DNA of 63,710 nucleotides, filler included, from Perkinsus olseni (Eukaryota): NCBI GenBank assembly GCA_013115125.1. It is 6 parts of 6 records of this genome, joined end to end, with 100 filler letters (N's around TTAATTAATTAA, not from the genome) between each part and the next. Parts side by side here need not be neighbours in the genome. Positions count along the whole stretch, not along the records: positions 1 to 12,082 come from JABANN010000805.1; positions 12,183 to 24,238 come from JABANN010000806.1; 4 more parts are not named here. One strand, 5' to 3'. Shown piece by piece: positions 1 to 12,856 of this stretch (position 1 is its first letter; each line of letters starts with the position of its first letter). The notes under the pieces were generated by a model. It saw only the letters and a program-made list of their open reading frames with translations, ran no database searches and was not told where the DNA came from. The position numbers and the translations under genes were made by a program.

Positions 1-1236
1 TGGCGGATAGGGTTGCCGTTGCCGTAGCCTATATGGGGGTCGAGGATGATATCATCACATTAGCGAGTTGTTGAGAAAATTGGCGGAAGGGTCGAGTCGG
101 GGGAATACAATTGGCGGATAGAGAAGTCGTTCTAGCGGCAGGCCTCAAATAAGGAATTCGATTCCGCGAATAGCGCACACAAATTCATGATTAAGGAAAT
201 CAATTTCGCCGATGAGGACGTCAATTTCGGGGGGTCAACTTGAGCCATACCGGGAATCTTCACGCTGCTATTCTCAGATTGGCAGAACTGTGCGACATTG
301 CATGACAGTGAACAACTCGGGTGTTGTTCTCAATCAGTCGATCTCTAACAGTAGGCGGCAAACCTAGGTTGGCACGGCTCGAAGAATGCAATCAAGCGAA
401 TGAATAGGAGTCTTGCTGCAGAAGCAGTCTGCTTCAAGCAGACTTCACAGTCAGAGCCCTACCAAGTGCTGTACATTCCCATCCTCTGCACCATGGGAAT
501 CTGAGATCCCCAATGTGTGATGAGGGTAAAATTCCGAGCCTCACCCTCACCACACAGCGTAGTAACAAAGAAACTACGTGGTCCACGCATCATTGACAAT
601 GATGAAAAACCAAAAACCACCGACAGTACAATTTCAAGACTGGTGAATGACGCGCAGAAGTTTCATGCAAGTGGTTTGCCGATTGAGTTAACACCACATG
701 CAGTTGAGTGGCTGGGAAGACCTGATTTGACTAAATCGATGAAAATTATTCTCGAAGCTTGGGCTCGACACAAGACAAACACGCGCGTGCTGCCACACAG
801 GTTAAGGAAAACGACAGCGATGCGCTGCGACCTCCCTTTCCCGGGTGTAGGGGTGAGCGGAGTGCGCGCGCCAGTGTCGAACCAACGCTCGTGTACACAG
901 AAATCGCTCGAAGTCGCAGAGACGGGAAGAAGAGCGACCGAAAGAAATGAGAAAATGACGTCGTGGACGTCGATGAGACATGACGACGTCACGATGACGT
1001 AATAATGGCAGGTTTAACGATGACGATGACATAAAATCACTGACGTAACAATGACGGGCAAGAAGTTGGCAATGAGGTGGTCATGACGTCATAACACTGT
1101 TGGGATAATGGCATGTAAAAAGATGACGATTGCGTGACAAAATTGGCATGATAATGACAGGCAAGAGGTTGATAATGGCATGAAAAAATATTGTTGTCAT
1201 TTGAGACATATTCTGTACTCTACGAAAAAGGCACCT

Positions 1237-3050
1237 TCAACGCCCACCAGCACAGACGGAGCTCTTCACCGTGTTACCGTAGATGGGATACTTATTAGCA
1301 TCGACAAGGATATTACACGGACCTGAGTGTAAGGAGACAACTGGACAGATGACGTAGGCGACGCCTCACCTGGCTGGTTCCCGCTTCTCTGCATGTAAGC
1401 AAACCCTTTCATCCCCCAGGACTTACCCCAGGTATTCATGATTTTCCAATACCTTAAACCAACGGAATAGCGACCGAAACCTGTGTTATTCAAAAATAAG
1501 ACTCACGGCACTCCAGTCGATGAGGTGTTGTAGCCCACGATGATCACAGTATGATCCACGTTGGAAACGCCGCAGGTCTTGGCTGGACAGAAGGGGATCA
1601 AACCATGCTCGAGAGCAGCTTGAGGTCACCGCCGAGCCCACCTGTGATGATGCCACTCTTGTAGTACTCGAAGGGTGGGGCGCCTGCGTATATGCTGACC
1701 GCCACCGGCCCCCTTGCGACATTTCTCAGCATAGCTGTTTCGTCTGCCGCCGGTACGGTAACCACGTGTGTTATGTCCCCACGCTGAGACCAAGATCGAG
1801 ATCCTCATCATCATCGCAAGTTGTTGCCCGATTCTTCTTCTTCAGAACTACAGAAGCAGTCGAAGGGAGTTTACAAACCATTGAAAAGGTCGAACTTCAG
1901 ACAGCCAACAGAAGAATGGCGGAAGGTTCACCTTCAGGCACTGCTTTCTCGGATCGGTGGTGATCGATGTCTTGCACGTGCCGAGCTTGGCTTTGTAGGG
2001 ATAACTCGAAGCCTTCACGATACCTTGTACCCCACAATATGCATACGCCTTATCTGGCGTACCTCCGTTGCAGCCACTGGAAAAAAGAAGGCGAACTGGA
2101 AAAAGCCTCTTCGCCGTTAAACTCACTGGTTGTTGTATGCCTGACTGCAGTCGACGATCTGTTGCACAGAGAAGGGGACAACCTTAGCAATCCCGGTTTG
2201 GATCTTAAAGTGGCTTTCCATTACAACTGACACAAAACAGCAAAACCTCGGGAAGTCGTTATCGGGCTAGCTGTTCTCGGTGAATGCCAGAGGTCCACAC
2301 GCTAACCCACCAGCGGCGCCAATAGCATAGCAGCTCCCACAAGAATTGAGTATAACTGGTGGCAGCGCGCCAGCAGCTTCCCAGTCTACTGACGCAGGAG
2401 GGGCTCCTATAGGGGTATCGTCCGTGTCTGAAAGGTGCGCTCGATTACGCCGGCAAAGCGGCGCTCCGGCCTTACCAGTGAAGTTACTTGCTCGCAGACT
2501 CGGACTGGGTTTCGGATCCGGAACGCAGTGCAGAATTTGACTTCCCTTGGTAGATCAGAGTGTTCGTTGACGTCAACCTCGTGCGTTATGTCGCCTGCGA
2601 GGCTCCATGACAGCACAGCAGCAACAAGGTGCGCTTCGCTCCTCACCGTTGGCTCTCAGCTCTGCGACTATTTTCATACTCTGCGCGAAGGCATTCTTCG
2701 CCGCTTGATACTGCTCATCTGTGTCGTACTTCTTCTGGTACCTGAACGGCTCGAGTGCAGTGCTGATTCTCTCTTGCGACGACGAGAAGCTGAGCTGCAG
2801 CTGAGCTCAGTGGCGGATGCCAAGGAGACAGCAGAGGAAAGATTGGTTCCAGACGGGCAAACGCGGGTGTTGTCTTCTCAATTGGTCGTAAACAGAAGAC
2901 CAGCCTGGCAGTTGCCGCCCAGGCCCACCTTGATGTGAACTCACGGAAGGCCTTGTCGATGTCTCCCACGTGATCAGCCTCGTCCGGCGCTCCATCGATG
3001 ACGCCCTGAGCCACGATAATGAGGTAAACAGCTCCGACGGCAAGCTGCAT
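1237..3050 (-). CDS. Papain-family (C1A) cysteine protease precursor, multi-exon
   Basis: Signal peptide MQLAVGAVYLIIVAQG. Exons give ASVDWEAAG, catalytic CGSCYA (~2325-2345), SVQQIVDCS, GCNGG, PFEYYKSGII, catalytic His VDHTVIIVGY (~1530-1560) and YWKIMNTWGKSWGMKGF. Last exon GPCNIL...CAGGR ends at TGA 1237-1239. Confidence 0.9.
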
Positions 3051-4899
3051 GGGCTTTGACAGGATTGAATAACCGATAGCTGATCAGAGGGAACGACTGA
3101 GAGTGAGCAAGACTTCCCGAAGGAGTCCAGTAACGCTGCCTGAATAAAAAAACCCGTACCAGAAACTCCTTTACAATCCAGAAGATCGGGCCATCACTAG
3201 TAACTACGTGGACGATCGCCGGGAAGGGAGGGTGAATAAGTCGTCTGCACCAATTCCCCCTCACAAGAGTATCGGACGACCCTCACGTCGAACGCACGTT
3301 TACGCAGCCAATTGTGGGCGTCGCATACAGCAGCGGGGCGGCGGCGGCGGCAACTGTCTCCCTGATGCTGCTGGGCCAGCAGTGCTGGCTACCTCCTTCC
3401 AATAGCACTCCTCGACCGCCCGTCAGCTTGCCTCGGAACAACTGGATCGAGCTCTTAGTGAGCAGGCAACACGGCGGTGGGACCGGCGGTCGTAGCCCTC
3501 TGGAGGATTTCGATGCATCGTCGTTGACTGTCCCACACCACAATGTCGCACAGGGACGCATTTGATGGAGGAAAGAGGTGCGCTTCGCTAAGAGCACTCA
3601 ATCTGGGAGGATAAAGCGCACTGATTCAGCCAAACCACGCGCAACTCAGTCGAGCTCAGTACGATTCCAATTGGCAGCCCACCGCTTCGCTATCCTGAAG
3701 GTGAGTGCGTGGCCTCTTCATTTGCGCTGCGCTCGTCCCCAGTCCTTACAAAATATTCAATCGGTCAGCCTATCTCCAGCAGCTGCCGTTCAGTAATGGT
3801 GACGCTAGCCAGCAGCCGACACACGCCGAGAGTGTCGACTGGCAGTAGTCGACTGCTTCTAATAATGGCAGTATCGTAGCTCCCGGCTCGTTAGGACGAA
3901 AATAGGGCTGGTAGCAGGCGCACTAGCTTCATAGGTTGTGCGTCTGTGTGCTAGTGTACGCAGACAGAAGGAGAAGAACTAGGATCCTTCCGACATCCAG
4001 CCATTGTGCCGAGCGGCTCATTCCAAACCGAGTACAGGGGCGGAACGACGACTCGACTCCAGTTACTGGAGCCCGGTACACTGGCTGAATAGCCTTCGAC
4101 CTGCCACCCGGCGGCCCACGAACCTCTCTTGAACATGCCTCACACACTCTAGTGCCCCGCCTTTTGAGTCAGTGTTTGTCCGGATACATCATTGGGTTTG
4201 ACCCACCTCAATCGCGTGCGCAGCTCGGTCATATATTAGCGCCTCCAGTCTACTTTCTCTACCGTCAAACTAGTGCACCGGGCAACAAATTCTTAGCAAG
4301 TCTGGGGTTTTCAGCGTTTTGTCCTTCTAATACAATTGCGCGACGAGGCCTCAGTTTATACGCTGCATCGGATACACCCTCCAAGGGGTAACACTCGGGA
4401 GAAATCAAATCGATTCATTTGCACGCAAAAATGTGGCACGCAAAAGCTCTATTTCAAAGAGCTTCCGAGAACTAATTGAAAAAGAAAGAGTTGGAGGAGA
4501 CTATCTCCTAATGATAAGCTAACTGAACGGAGGAAAAGCAACTTGATTGGCGGACTTTTCGAGTCCTGGAGATGATGCTTGTCGTGGCACGCCGGGGCGA
4601 GGCTTTGTGTGACGGTCGTGGGCACAGCCCCCCGGATGTGTAAGCGGATCCTGCCAGGAGGAAAGGAAGTCTCTCTAGTTGAATATAACCCTGAGAAAAG
4701 CTTCTTGACAATCTATCTGATTGCACCGCATGTCAATGCTACAGAAAGTCTCCAACTGTGCACATTGGCAAGAGTCTAACTAAGCCGGAACCGGCGTTGG
4801 ACTATAAACTCACACACACACGCAAAAATGTTTTTAGAAATTCGAGACCTAATTTCAAGTGTATGCTTATTCTAAAAGCATCAAGAGCCCCTTACGTTG

Positions 4900-7800
4900 C
4901 CGTTTCCGTCGAATTCTAATGGTGGCCAGCTTCCTGCTGTCTCTGGTGACTGCCGAGTCAATCCGGAAACATTCTAGCCGTTCGTCTGGGGGTTGGGTTG
5001 AATCAATGGGTAGTGATGCTGTACTACTATTAGCATGTTCCCTCCTCAGCTATACTTCTGCCCGTTCGTAGAAAGTTGGTATGAACGCGTCAACGACCCC
5101 TTCATGCACGTGATTCATCATAGTGACAACTGCGTCCCTTGCTGCTGCGTATCCACATTGCTCTGAGAGCAATGCTCTCTGTGCGTCCGTTCGTCCCAGC
5201 AATCGCGTGCTTTCCTTCTCATGCTCTCGAACACATGCTCACCAGCGAGATCAGTTTTCTCTGTCTTTGAGCCCCGCCTCAAACAGCCACACTGTACTCA
5301 CAGTTATAGTGCATGCAAGCGGGCGCGTTCGGTGCCACTCACTAACTCGACTCAACAGACTATCGCTAAACCGAATCGTTCGGGGACGATGATGGAATTG
5401 AACTATTTGTTTGCAACGAGCCTCCTCCTTGGAAGGGCGACGGGCGATACCTCCGCTGGGCAACAGCCTCGAGGTCTGCCCAATCGAGGCAATGAGAGGC
5501 AACGGCCGTAGCGAGGATGTCTTCTAGTTTACCTGAACACCATGCCTACGAGTAAGCCAGGATATCCGCAACTGCAATAATTATCGGGCGAAGGCCTGCA
5601 CACCCTCACTAGCGATAACATGCACAGGAAAACATGCCAACAGGTCGCCAAAAGCGAACAGCCTCGGCGAATTTGTCCGTGAATGCCACACGGTTGGTGC
5701 CCTCGCGAGAGGCTTATAGCTTCACAACGCCATTATAGTCTTCTCAATTCCGTCCAACAGTTTACGGACCGTAAAAAAGCGTCTGCCCACCTCTCAGCGA
5801 ATTGTCATCCTCCGTGTTCAGAATAGCTCGCCGACGATGGGGGTTGTACCGTAGTGAATTTTGCTCCAAACACCGGAGGAACTCGTGCGTATAATAGCGA
5901 CTCTGGAAGGGCAGAACGTCCTCAACAGCCCTACGGAAGTCCGATCGTCACTCACCGGCCTTCCATGGGCTCCCACTGGAGGGGCTCGCGGACAGAGGTG
6001 AGGGACCTTGTCGGCTGCCTTCGATAAATAATACATCGTACGCTTGATTTCCTGAAAGGCATCAGCTAGAGAAGGGTCCAGCAAGAATCGCGAAAATTGG
6101 AGACTGTAAACTCACACGCACACCGTCACGCCAACTCGTACGACTAAATAGATTTGGACCACCCAACGGGGATGAAGAGGCGATGTGTTCGACGAGTGGT
6201 ATGCAAATGGCATACAGCACAGTAGTGAGCTATTCCTTCAAAGTTCAGAACAACTGTTGCACGCACACACACACACAAGGTGCGACTCTTACTCCGAGTC
6301 GGAGTCTCCGACCCCTCGCAGCCCAGTATTAACATATCGGGAGAAAGGCGACGACTATCGACCTACCTTCCGAGCGATATGCTTGCACGTTTGGCTTCGA
6401 AGCGATCCGCTAAGCATGGTCTTGCATCCGAGCAAGTTTTTGTACCTACGTAGGGTGCCGGGATCGAACCCTGGACCTTCGGCTTACTCATTTCTTACCG
6501 AAAGTAGATCTCAATCATCTGCCCCGTAGTGAGACGATCGCTTCCCGCGGCCATCCGACGGAAATCCTTCGGGAAGGACACGAGCCGTTCGAGGAACTTC
6601 TTCACGTCGGCATCGGTGGGCTGCGTTAGTTGCAAAAAGTATCTGAGAACATATAGTATACCCCGACACGAAGAATCTTAGGTCGAAGCTGGCACGTCAC
6701 GAAGTCTGCATCGCAATAATACTGCCATCACTGACGGTAACCGACTACGGCTGGTCGACGAGAGTGACGACGAGAGTGACGGCGTGAGTGACGGCGAGAG
6801 TCCTCTACTAGTCGGAATTTCACACAAAAATACCGAGAAGAAGAAATTCTGCTTCCCGCAGTAGGACGAAGGCAACAGGTTGTGTGATGAGCCATTGGAG
6901 CATCTCCCGCACAAAACGACACTCCTACCCCTTCATCATTTCAGATGGAAAATGAGCGTTGAACTCGAAGCAGCCGAATGAGTCTCTTACTCCGGATTCG
7001 CCTCCGCAAGATCTGGTATTCTCCTATTGGTATCCGAGAAGGCAACACTAGAGCCGACCATCGAATAGTCGAATATTTCCAAGTCAGGAATGACAGCCCG
7101 CTTGTCGGCCTCCTCGTCCCTCTCCTGTTGCTGCGGCTGCTGTGGCTGCTGCGGCTGCTGTGGCTGTTGCTGCTCATCCGCCACGCTTCCTTGCGCAGGA
7201 GAATCTTTACCCGTTGCACCCTAGAACAACCAGAAATGGGGCGCTATTGTCATCACCACGCCACGCTGCCCGTAGCCAGACCGCCCCTTGTCGAAGCTAC
7301 ACTATTGTTCTCATTTTAAAGATCGGCGGAGATTTCCCTCTGCGCAAGTACTGTGACCAAAGAGCAAACTCGGTTTGTAAGTCACCAATCGACGCTATCG
7401 CCTTCGGTGGGCGAGTGTGACTACACCAACTAAATACCACTCGTGAAAATTGTGGGCGATGACGACTTTCGGGAGCGGATTCGGAGAGGATTCGCAGTAT
7501 CGCTCACGCCCTCCCCCTTGTTTACTCGGCTGGAACGCCGCCGCCTCCCAGACTGGTTCCTAGGAGTGTCTCGATCTGAAGACGCCTCTGAAACACGGGA
7601 GAAACATCCTATTCGTTAACGAGTAAGAAATGCACGTGCGGGATCCAAGTCGGATCGATGCGGCCATCAGAACAATCTGCCCTAGAGTTGCTCCCTCACC
7701 CATGACCGTATAGGAGTGGAGCGTACCAGTTTTCGCACTGGAGCTTGTCCCTTTCAGAGCCTCAGGCATTCGAGGATGCTGTCTGCCTCGAGCTCGGGCA

Positions 7801-10200
7801 TTCATAATAGAACAGCCTCCACCGAACCCTTCGCTAGCTCCCAGTAGCAAGTAGTGCTGGGATCTGAGACCCGACACCAGCAATGCCGCGCAGGTTCGAT
7901 CCAAGGCTGCGGTATATTACCTGATTCGGTGCTCGAACGTCTTCTTATCGTCACGGTCATACGGCGTAGTGTCCAAAGCCCGTACCAGATCCGTCTGCTT
8001 ATGGCCGAACACTCCGGAAAGTTCTAAAAGCTCTCGTTGCCGAGCCTCCGCCGCCTTAGACCAAACGCCATAGGCGTGGACGTATCTTTGGTTGAAGATT
8101 GCAGGATACGAAAAGGTCGAACGAGCTCTCGCGTACTCCTCAGCCGCCGGTTCGAGAAGCTTCTTTCGTATGTCAATGCTTCTCCGTGACACTGCCGCCG
8201 CGACTTGCGGTAAGCCGGGCACTGCAGACATCTTCGAAAAAGGCATGTCACTTGGTATTGACACGGTCTCTGTGAAGCCCTCAAAGAACCTAGCAGTCAA
8301 ATCAATCACCGGGGCGCGCGCGGATTCACCGAGCTTCTCCGCCAGACCGAAGCGATTAAGAATGAGATGGACTTCATTTGATGAGGTATTCCTCGCTAGC
8401 TGTCGCTACAGGTGTTCTTGCTCTGGTTGGAGCAAAATAGCGAGAAAGGAACTCAGAGTGCGTATTTCACCAGCACGGAGGGCATAGACGCTCGACTCGC
8501 TCGAATCGACAGTGCCAATCACTTTTTCGGTGTTGCAAAACGACACCAAAGAAAACGCTCCACGATGGGTTCGGACCACCGACCTTGTGGTTAACAGCCA
8601 CACGCTCTGCCTACTGAGCTAGCGGAGCTACACTACTACATAGTTCTACTGCTTGTAATCACTGAATAATCAGTGAGCAAATGTTCGAGAGCGACCACCC
8701 TAACCAGTGCACAACACCCACAAGTAATTCCATACAAAAGTTACTTGTTGGGACTGATTCCACTGGTAAACGACCTCACCCAAATTCGCGACGTACGACA
8801 CGGGCGAAGCACTGCTAGCACGAATGATGCTCACTGCTGCCGGTAAAAGCCCAACCTACGGCTCAGCTCGAATCCTTATTCCGCCATTCTGCCACAGTTC
8901 TTCGTTCTGCAACTCCAACACGCCGTTCCGGGGGCTCTTGTCAGTCTCTTCAAACCCGCCTGAGTAGCAACGAATGCGTATAACTCCGGAAGGACCAGCC
9001 TGCGTCGCGCGCCACGAAATTCCTACCTAGCCGGAGTGGAACAGCCACCGGTTGTCCAGTGTCCGCTGTGTGACCTCTAACTGTCGTGGCGTGCGCTGGC
9101 AGCTCCCCGAGAACCTTGTTCCCGAGGACCACACTCATACCTGCGCCATGAGAACGCTGATCATCCACATCCCTGCCCTCAGTCGCGAGACGTCCGTGCT
9201 ACTCGTACGAGTAATCATTGAAAGTCTTAGAGTGCTCAATCGCCGCAAGTACGAGTGGCTCTCACAAAAAAAGGTCGACAGAGCCATCTCAACCCTTTCC
9301 CGCGAAGAACCAGAATATCTTTATCCATTTTTCCTATTTTTCCTTCCACTTTTTTCGATAAGAAATTTTCCACGCAATAGCACGAGCACACCCAAGCGAG
9401 CGACTCCCGCACTACCTCTCTCCGCTCGACTTTCACTATCGGTAGTCGAGCTCTCAGAGTCGCTCCTGCAGCTTGACGTCGAGGCTTCGATAGCAGATGC
9501 CAGGACTGATCGCACAAAATTCTCGCGCGCCACGAGATACAACGATCAGCAAGCTCCATCGATATGTTTCCGAGAAGTGTGCTATCGAGGCATTCACCAG
9601 CTACTCATACCGCAAAGTTTGAAACACGAATCGCTTCGCTCCGCCGTCAGCAACTTTCTCACCTCCCCCGGGTTTCACTGGTTCCGCCGATATTGGGCAT
9701 GTCCGGAACATGTCGGACACCACCTGCAACTGATTCGACTGAAAAAAGAAATATAATCTAGCGGAGCGAAGCACACCAAAACCCTTCCCAACACAACCAT
9801 CGTCGTACAACCACCGAAAGGTCGGGCGCCGGTAATTCCCCCAACCAACCCACCTGCGCGATGAGCCTCGAGTCCGTCAGAATGCTCCTAGTCAGCGCCG
9901 CATCGCAATCATCGAAGGCCGACTCCAACACCGTGCCTGAAGATTATCTTAAGCCCTCTCCTAGCTGAGGTGAATTGTCTCCATCCAACGCTTATCATTC
10001 TCTCTGTGTTTACCAGCGCTGTGCTGGACACCCGAACGGCTAGCGGAAGCGGACGCCCTCTTCGACGAGATCACCAGAGAGTAATATTCCACGCAGGTTC
10101 GAATCCCACACCCTGCACTCACCACCCTCGGAGTCCATCATAATTTCGTCTCCATCGTCATCAGCATGCTCCGACCTAAGATTCGCTGCAAGCAGCCTCT
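4900..10200 (-). CDS. Large multi-exon protein with a SANT/Myb-like domain (NCoR/SNT1-type) and a QQP tract; ends approximate, may be more than one gene
   Basis: Splicing intron 6446-6498 gives DADVKKFLERLVSFPKDFRRMAAGSDRLTTGQMIEIYFRYK, matching the SANT pattern F...PK.F..(I/M)A...T....Y..K. Further minus-strand open exons at ~5820-6084, 6990-7220, 7921-8400 and 10123-10175. Confidence 0.55.
8556..8628 (-). tRNA. trnN: tRNA-Asn(GTT), variant T-loop
   Basis: GCTCCGCTAGCTCAGTAGGCAGAGCGTGTGGCTGTTAACCACAAGGTCGGTGGTCCGAACCCATCGTGGAGCG folds into a full cloverleaf with anticodon GTT and is followed by TTTT. The T-loop reads TCCGAAC instead of TTCGAAC. Confidence 0.9.
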
Positions 10201-11471
10201 CCACAACCCGAACTATCCGAACTCACCCTTTCGCCAAAGAAACAAGATACTCCTTAAAGGCTGTTTTAGAAGGAAATTCCGATGCTGACCGGAGGCATTG
10301 AGAGTGCAGCGATGATGACGTGGTCATGTAAAACCCCACAACCTTGTGCATGCGTGCATCATACCAACTTTTCACCAAATCCACTCCAACCATGCTACAA
10401 TCTCGTCGCTACTGAGTCTACCAATATTGCCAACAAAAAACGGCACTGCTTCGCTCCGCTAAGAATCGATGGAAACCCGAACCTCACACAAACCCTCCAT
10501 GAATCAAGAAACAGTTTTTCTATCAGAATCATGCATCAGTTCAATTACTGTCTCCTCAGCCGAGCTCTCCTACTTCGCTCCAAGTCGAGCAAGTCTTTCC
10601 AAATTTTCTCATCGAATTCCGATTTGCCGCGACTCAGCAACAACGGCCGCAACAGAGTGATCCACACGAAAAGATCCGACTGGGACAGACTCGGATCCTC
10701 GGCTCGAGCTGGGGAAGAAACGCATGTTGCGGTACCGCATTATGAGGACTACTGACGGACCACTGAGTCCGGCAATAGTCCGGACTCACGCCAGTGGGTA
10801 TTGAAGCGACAGCTATGAGCGAGTATTGAAGGACTACGGATGCGCAGGACCATTGAGTTCAGCGCCATGGCCTAGCAACCTTCTCACGAACGGCTGTGAA
10901 CGAGTTTCGTAACGATAAATGCACAAAAGCGGGCAACGCCGAATGTGACTTTTGACACCATCGTACACGATTAGGGCGATCAACCGCAGGCAATAACGGT
11001 TCACATGCCTTCGATGAGACTCGTGGGTCAAATATCGGAGAAGGGCGCCTCCCGGACATTCGTGAGGACCAGGAATGTCTCAAGAACAGCTCGAAGCAGC
11101 TTGCGTTCTCCCTTGCGGTCGGCCCCTCAAGTGCGCCGCCAAAATTCGCGGTGCTTACCCTCTTGCCAAGAGTTGGGAATAATCTCATCACCCATCGCGG
11201 TGGAGAGGTCGATCTGGGTTGAAGAGGCGGAGATTATCGCGAGATAAGCTCTTAGAGCACCCAAGGGGTCTGAGACAACCAAGCCGATGACCTCCCGGCA
11301 GTTGTACACTGACAGGGGGTATTCGGGTAACAGAACGGGAGAAGAAGATATTTCTTAAAACAGATTCAGTCTATGGAAGAAACTCGGAGAATGTTGCGGG
11401 AAATGGCGACCGACACCCATTGCACATCCCTTCATTGAAGTCAAACCGCGCCAAGTCGAAAGGGGGCGACC

Positions 11472-11525
<54 letters not shown>
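11472..11525. repeat. (ATG)n microsatellite, ~18 units
   Basis: Direct reading. Confidence 0.98.
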
Positions 11526-12082
11526 TCCGATTATATTGTCTGGCCTTCACAGCTCATGGAGATCACTAATTACAATCAAACGCAACGGCTTGCGCGCTGA
11601 CAATCTGGAATGCTACCGATGGTTTTCAACGGACGCTACACCAAGGCTGACCCCGCGAATCTCTCCGTGAACAATTCTGCACAGCCTACGGGAATTATCT
11701 CCTTCGTTTTCAGACTGCAAATCCATCGCGGGTAAGAGAGGGAGATGGACCGCACAGGGGCCAGAGGCACCCTCTCTCGAGAGTATCTGACCAAGTGATG
11801 TTACCAGTCAATGACTAGCAGTCATGCTCAGGCATCCTGTGTTGGATACTGAGGAGAGTAGATTGAGCGGTGCTTGTACCGTCTGCACTAAAGATGGTAC
11901 AGCTCAGTACTCTAAGGGCGATAATAGCGCAAAGAGACGTACAACACAACTCGGCCGGAGAATTTGGTGAAGTGTCTCCCGGTGTACGTACGGTGGCGCA
12001 GATGACAGATATGCCGGTAACGGCATTTATGGCGATCTGATCGACACAAAGTTGTTGTGATTTTGTTGTGTGTCTCTAGTCT

Positions 12083-12182
12083 NNNNNNNNNNNNNNNNNN
12101 NNNNNNNNNNNNNNNNNNNNNNNNNNTTAATTAATTAANNNNNNNNNNNNNNNNNNNNNNNNNNNNNNNNNNNNNNNNNNNN
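12083..12182. other. Artificial contig linker N44-TTAATTAATTAA-N44
   Basis: Identical 100-nt spacer with stops in six frames, occurring five times in the window. Confidence 0.99.
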
Positions 12183-12254
12183 TCAGCAGTTCCGTCCGAC
12201 AAGAAGCTATAGTTATTTTGGCCTATCGATCAAGTCCCCCGCACGTACGACATA

Positions 12255-12856
12255 GTGGTATCGTTTACGCGTTCGAACGTAGTCGCCACATTATTTTATG
12301 CTCGGGGCGATTTTCAACCTCGACAGTGAAATCTTGAGGTAAAGGCATATGGATAAAAGAGACAATTCTGGGTTCCAAGCAGAATTTTCAAGTAAGGAAA
12401 ATTCTTCAGAGGAACTCGTTAACATTATTGCACTACGCATTACGATACTACAATTTCAGAGCTGTTAGGCGAGATGTGGTATCGTTTACGCGTTCGAACG
12501 CAGTCGCCACATTATTATATGCTCGGGGCGATTTTCAACCTCGACAGTGAAATCTTGAGGTAAAGGCATATAGATAAAAGAGACTATTCCGAGTCCCAAG
12601 TAGAATTTTCAAGTAAGGAAAATTCTTCAGAGGAACTCGTTAACATTACTGCACTACGCATTACGATACTACAATTTCAGAGCTGTTACGCGAGATGTGG
12701 TATCGTTTACGCGTTCGAACGCAGTCGCCACATCATTATATGCTCGGGGCGATTTTCAACCTCGACAGTGAAATCTTAAGGTAAAGGCATATAGATAAAA
12801 GGGACTATTCCGAGTTCCAAGCAGAATTTTCAAGTAAGTTCTTCAGAGGAACTCGA
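12255..12856. repeat. Tandem repeat, 221-bp unit, ~2.7 copies
   Basis: GTGGTATCGTTTACGCGTTCGAACG starts at 12255, 12476 and 12697; units are highly similar. Confidence 0.95.

Noticed and set aside
18-32. CCGTAGCC as a spliced-leader relic
   Set aside because: Only 8 nt match and the following ATY(T)TGGCTCAAG is absent.
4600-4650. Possible zinc-knuckle/gag remnant (CDGRGHSP)
   Set aside because: Cys spacing is incomplete, the frames are broken, and no other retroelement signature is nearby.
9052-9756. 234-aa plus-strand ORF, and similar ORFs such as 32593-33258 and 51323-51865
   Set aside because: No recognisable motifs; they overlap minus-strand spliced genes or the transposase and look like antisense shadows.
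12083-12182. Recurring TTAATTAATTAA as a biological motif
   Set aside because: Always centred in N runs; it is an assembly linker, so adjacency across it is meaningless.
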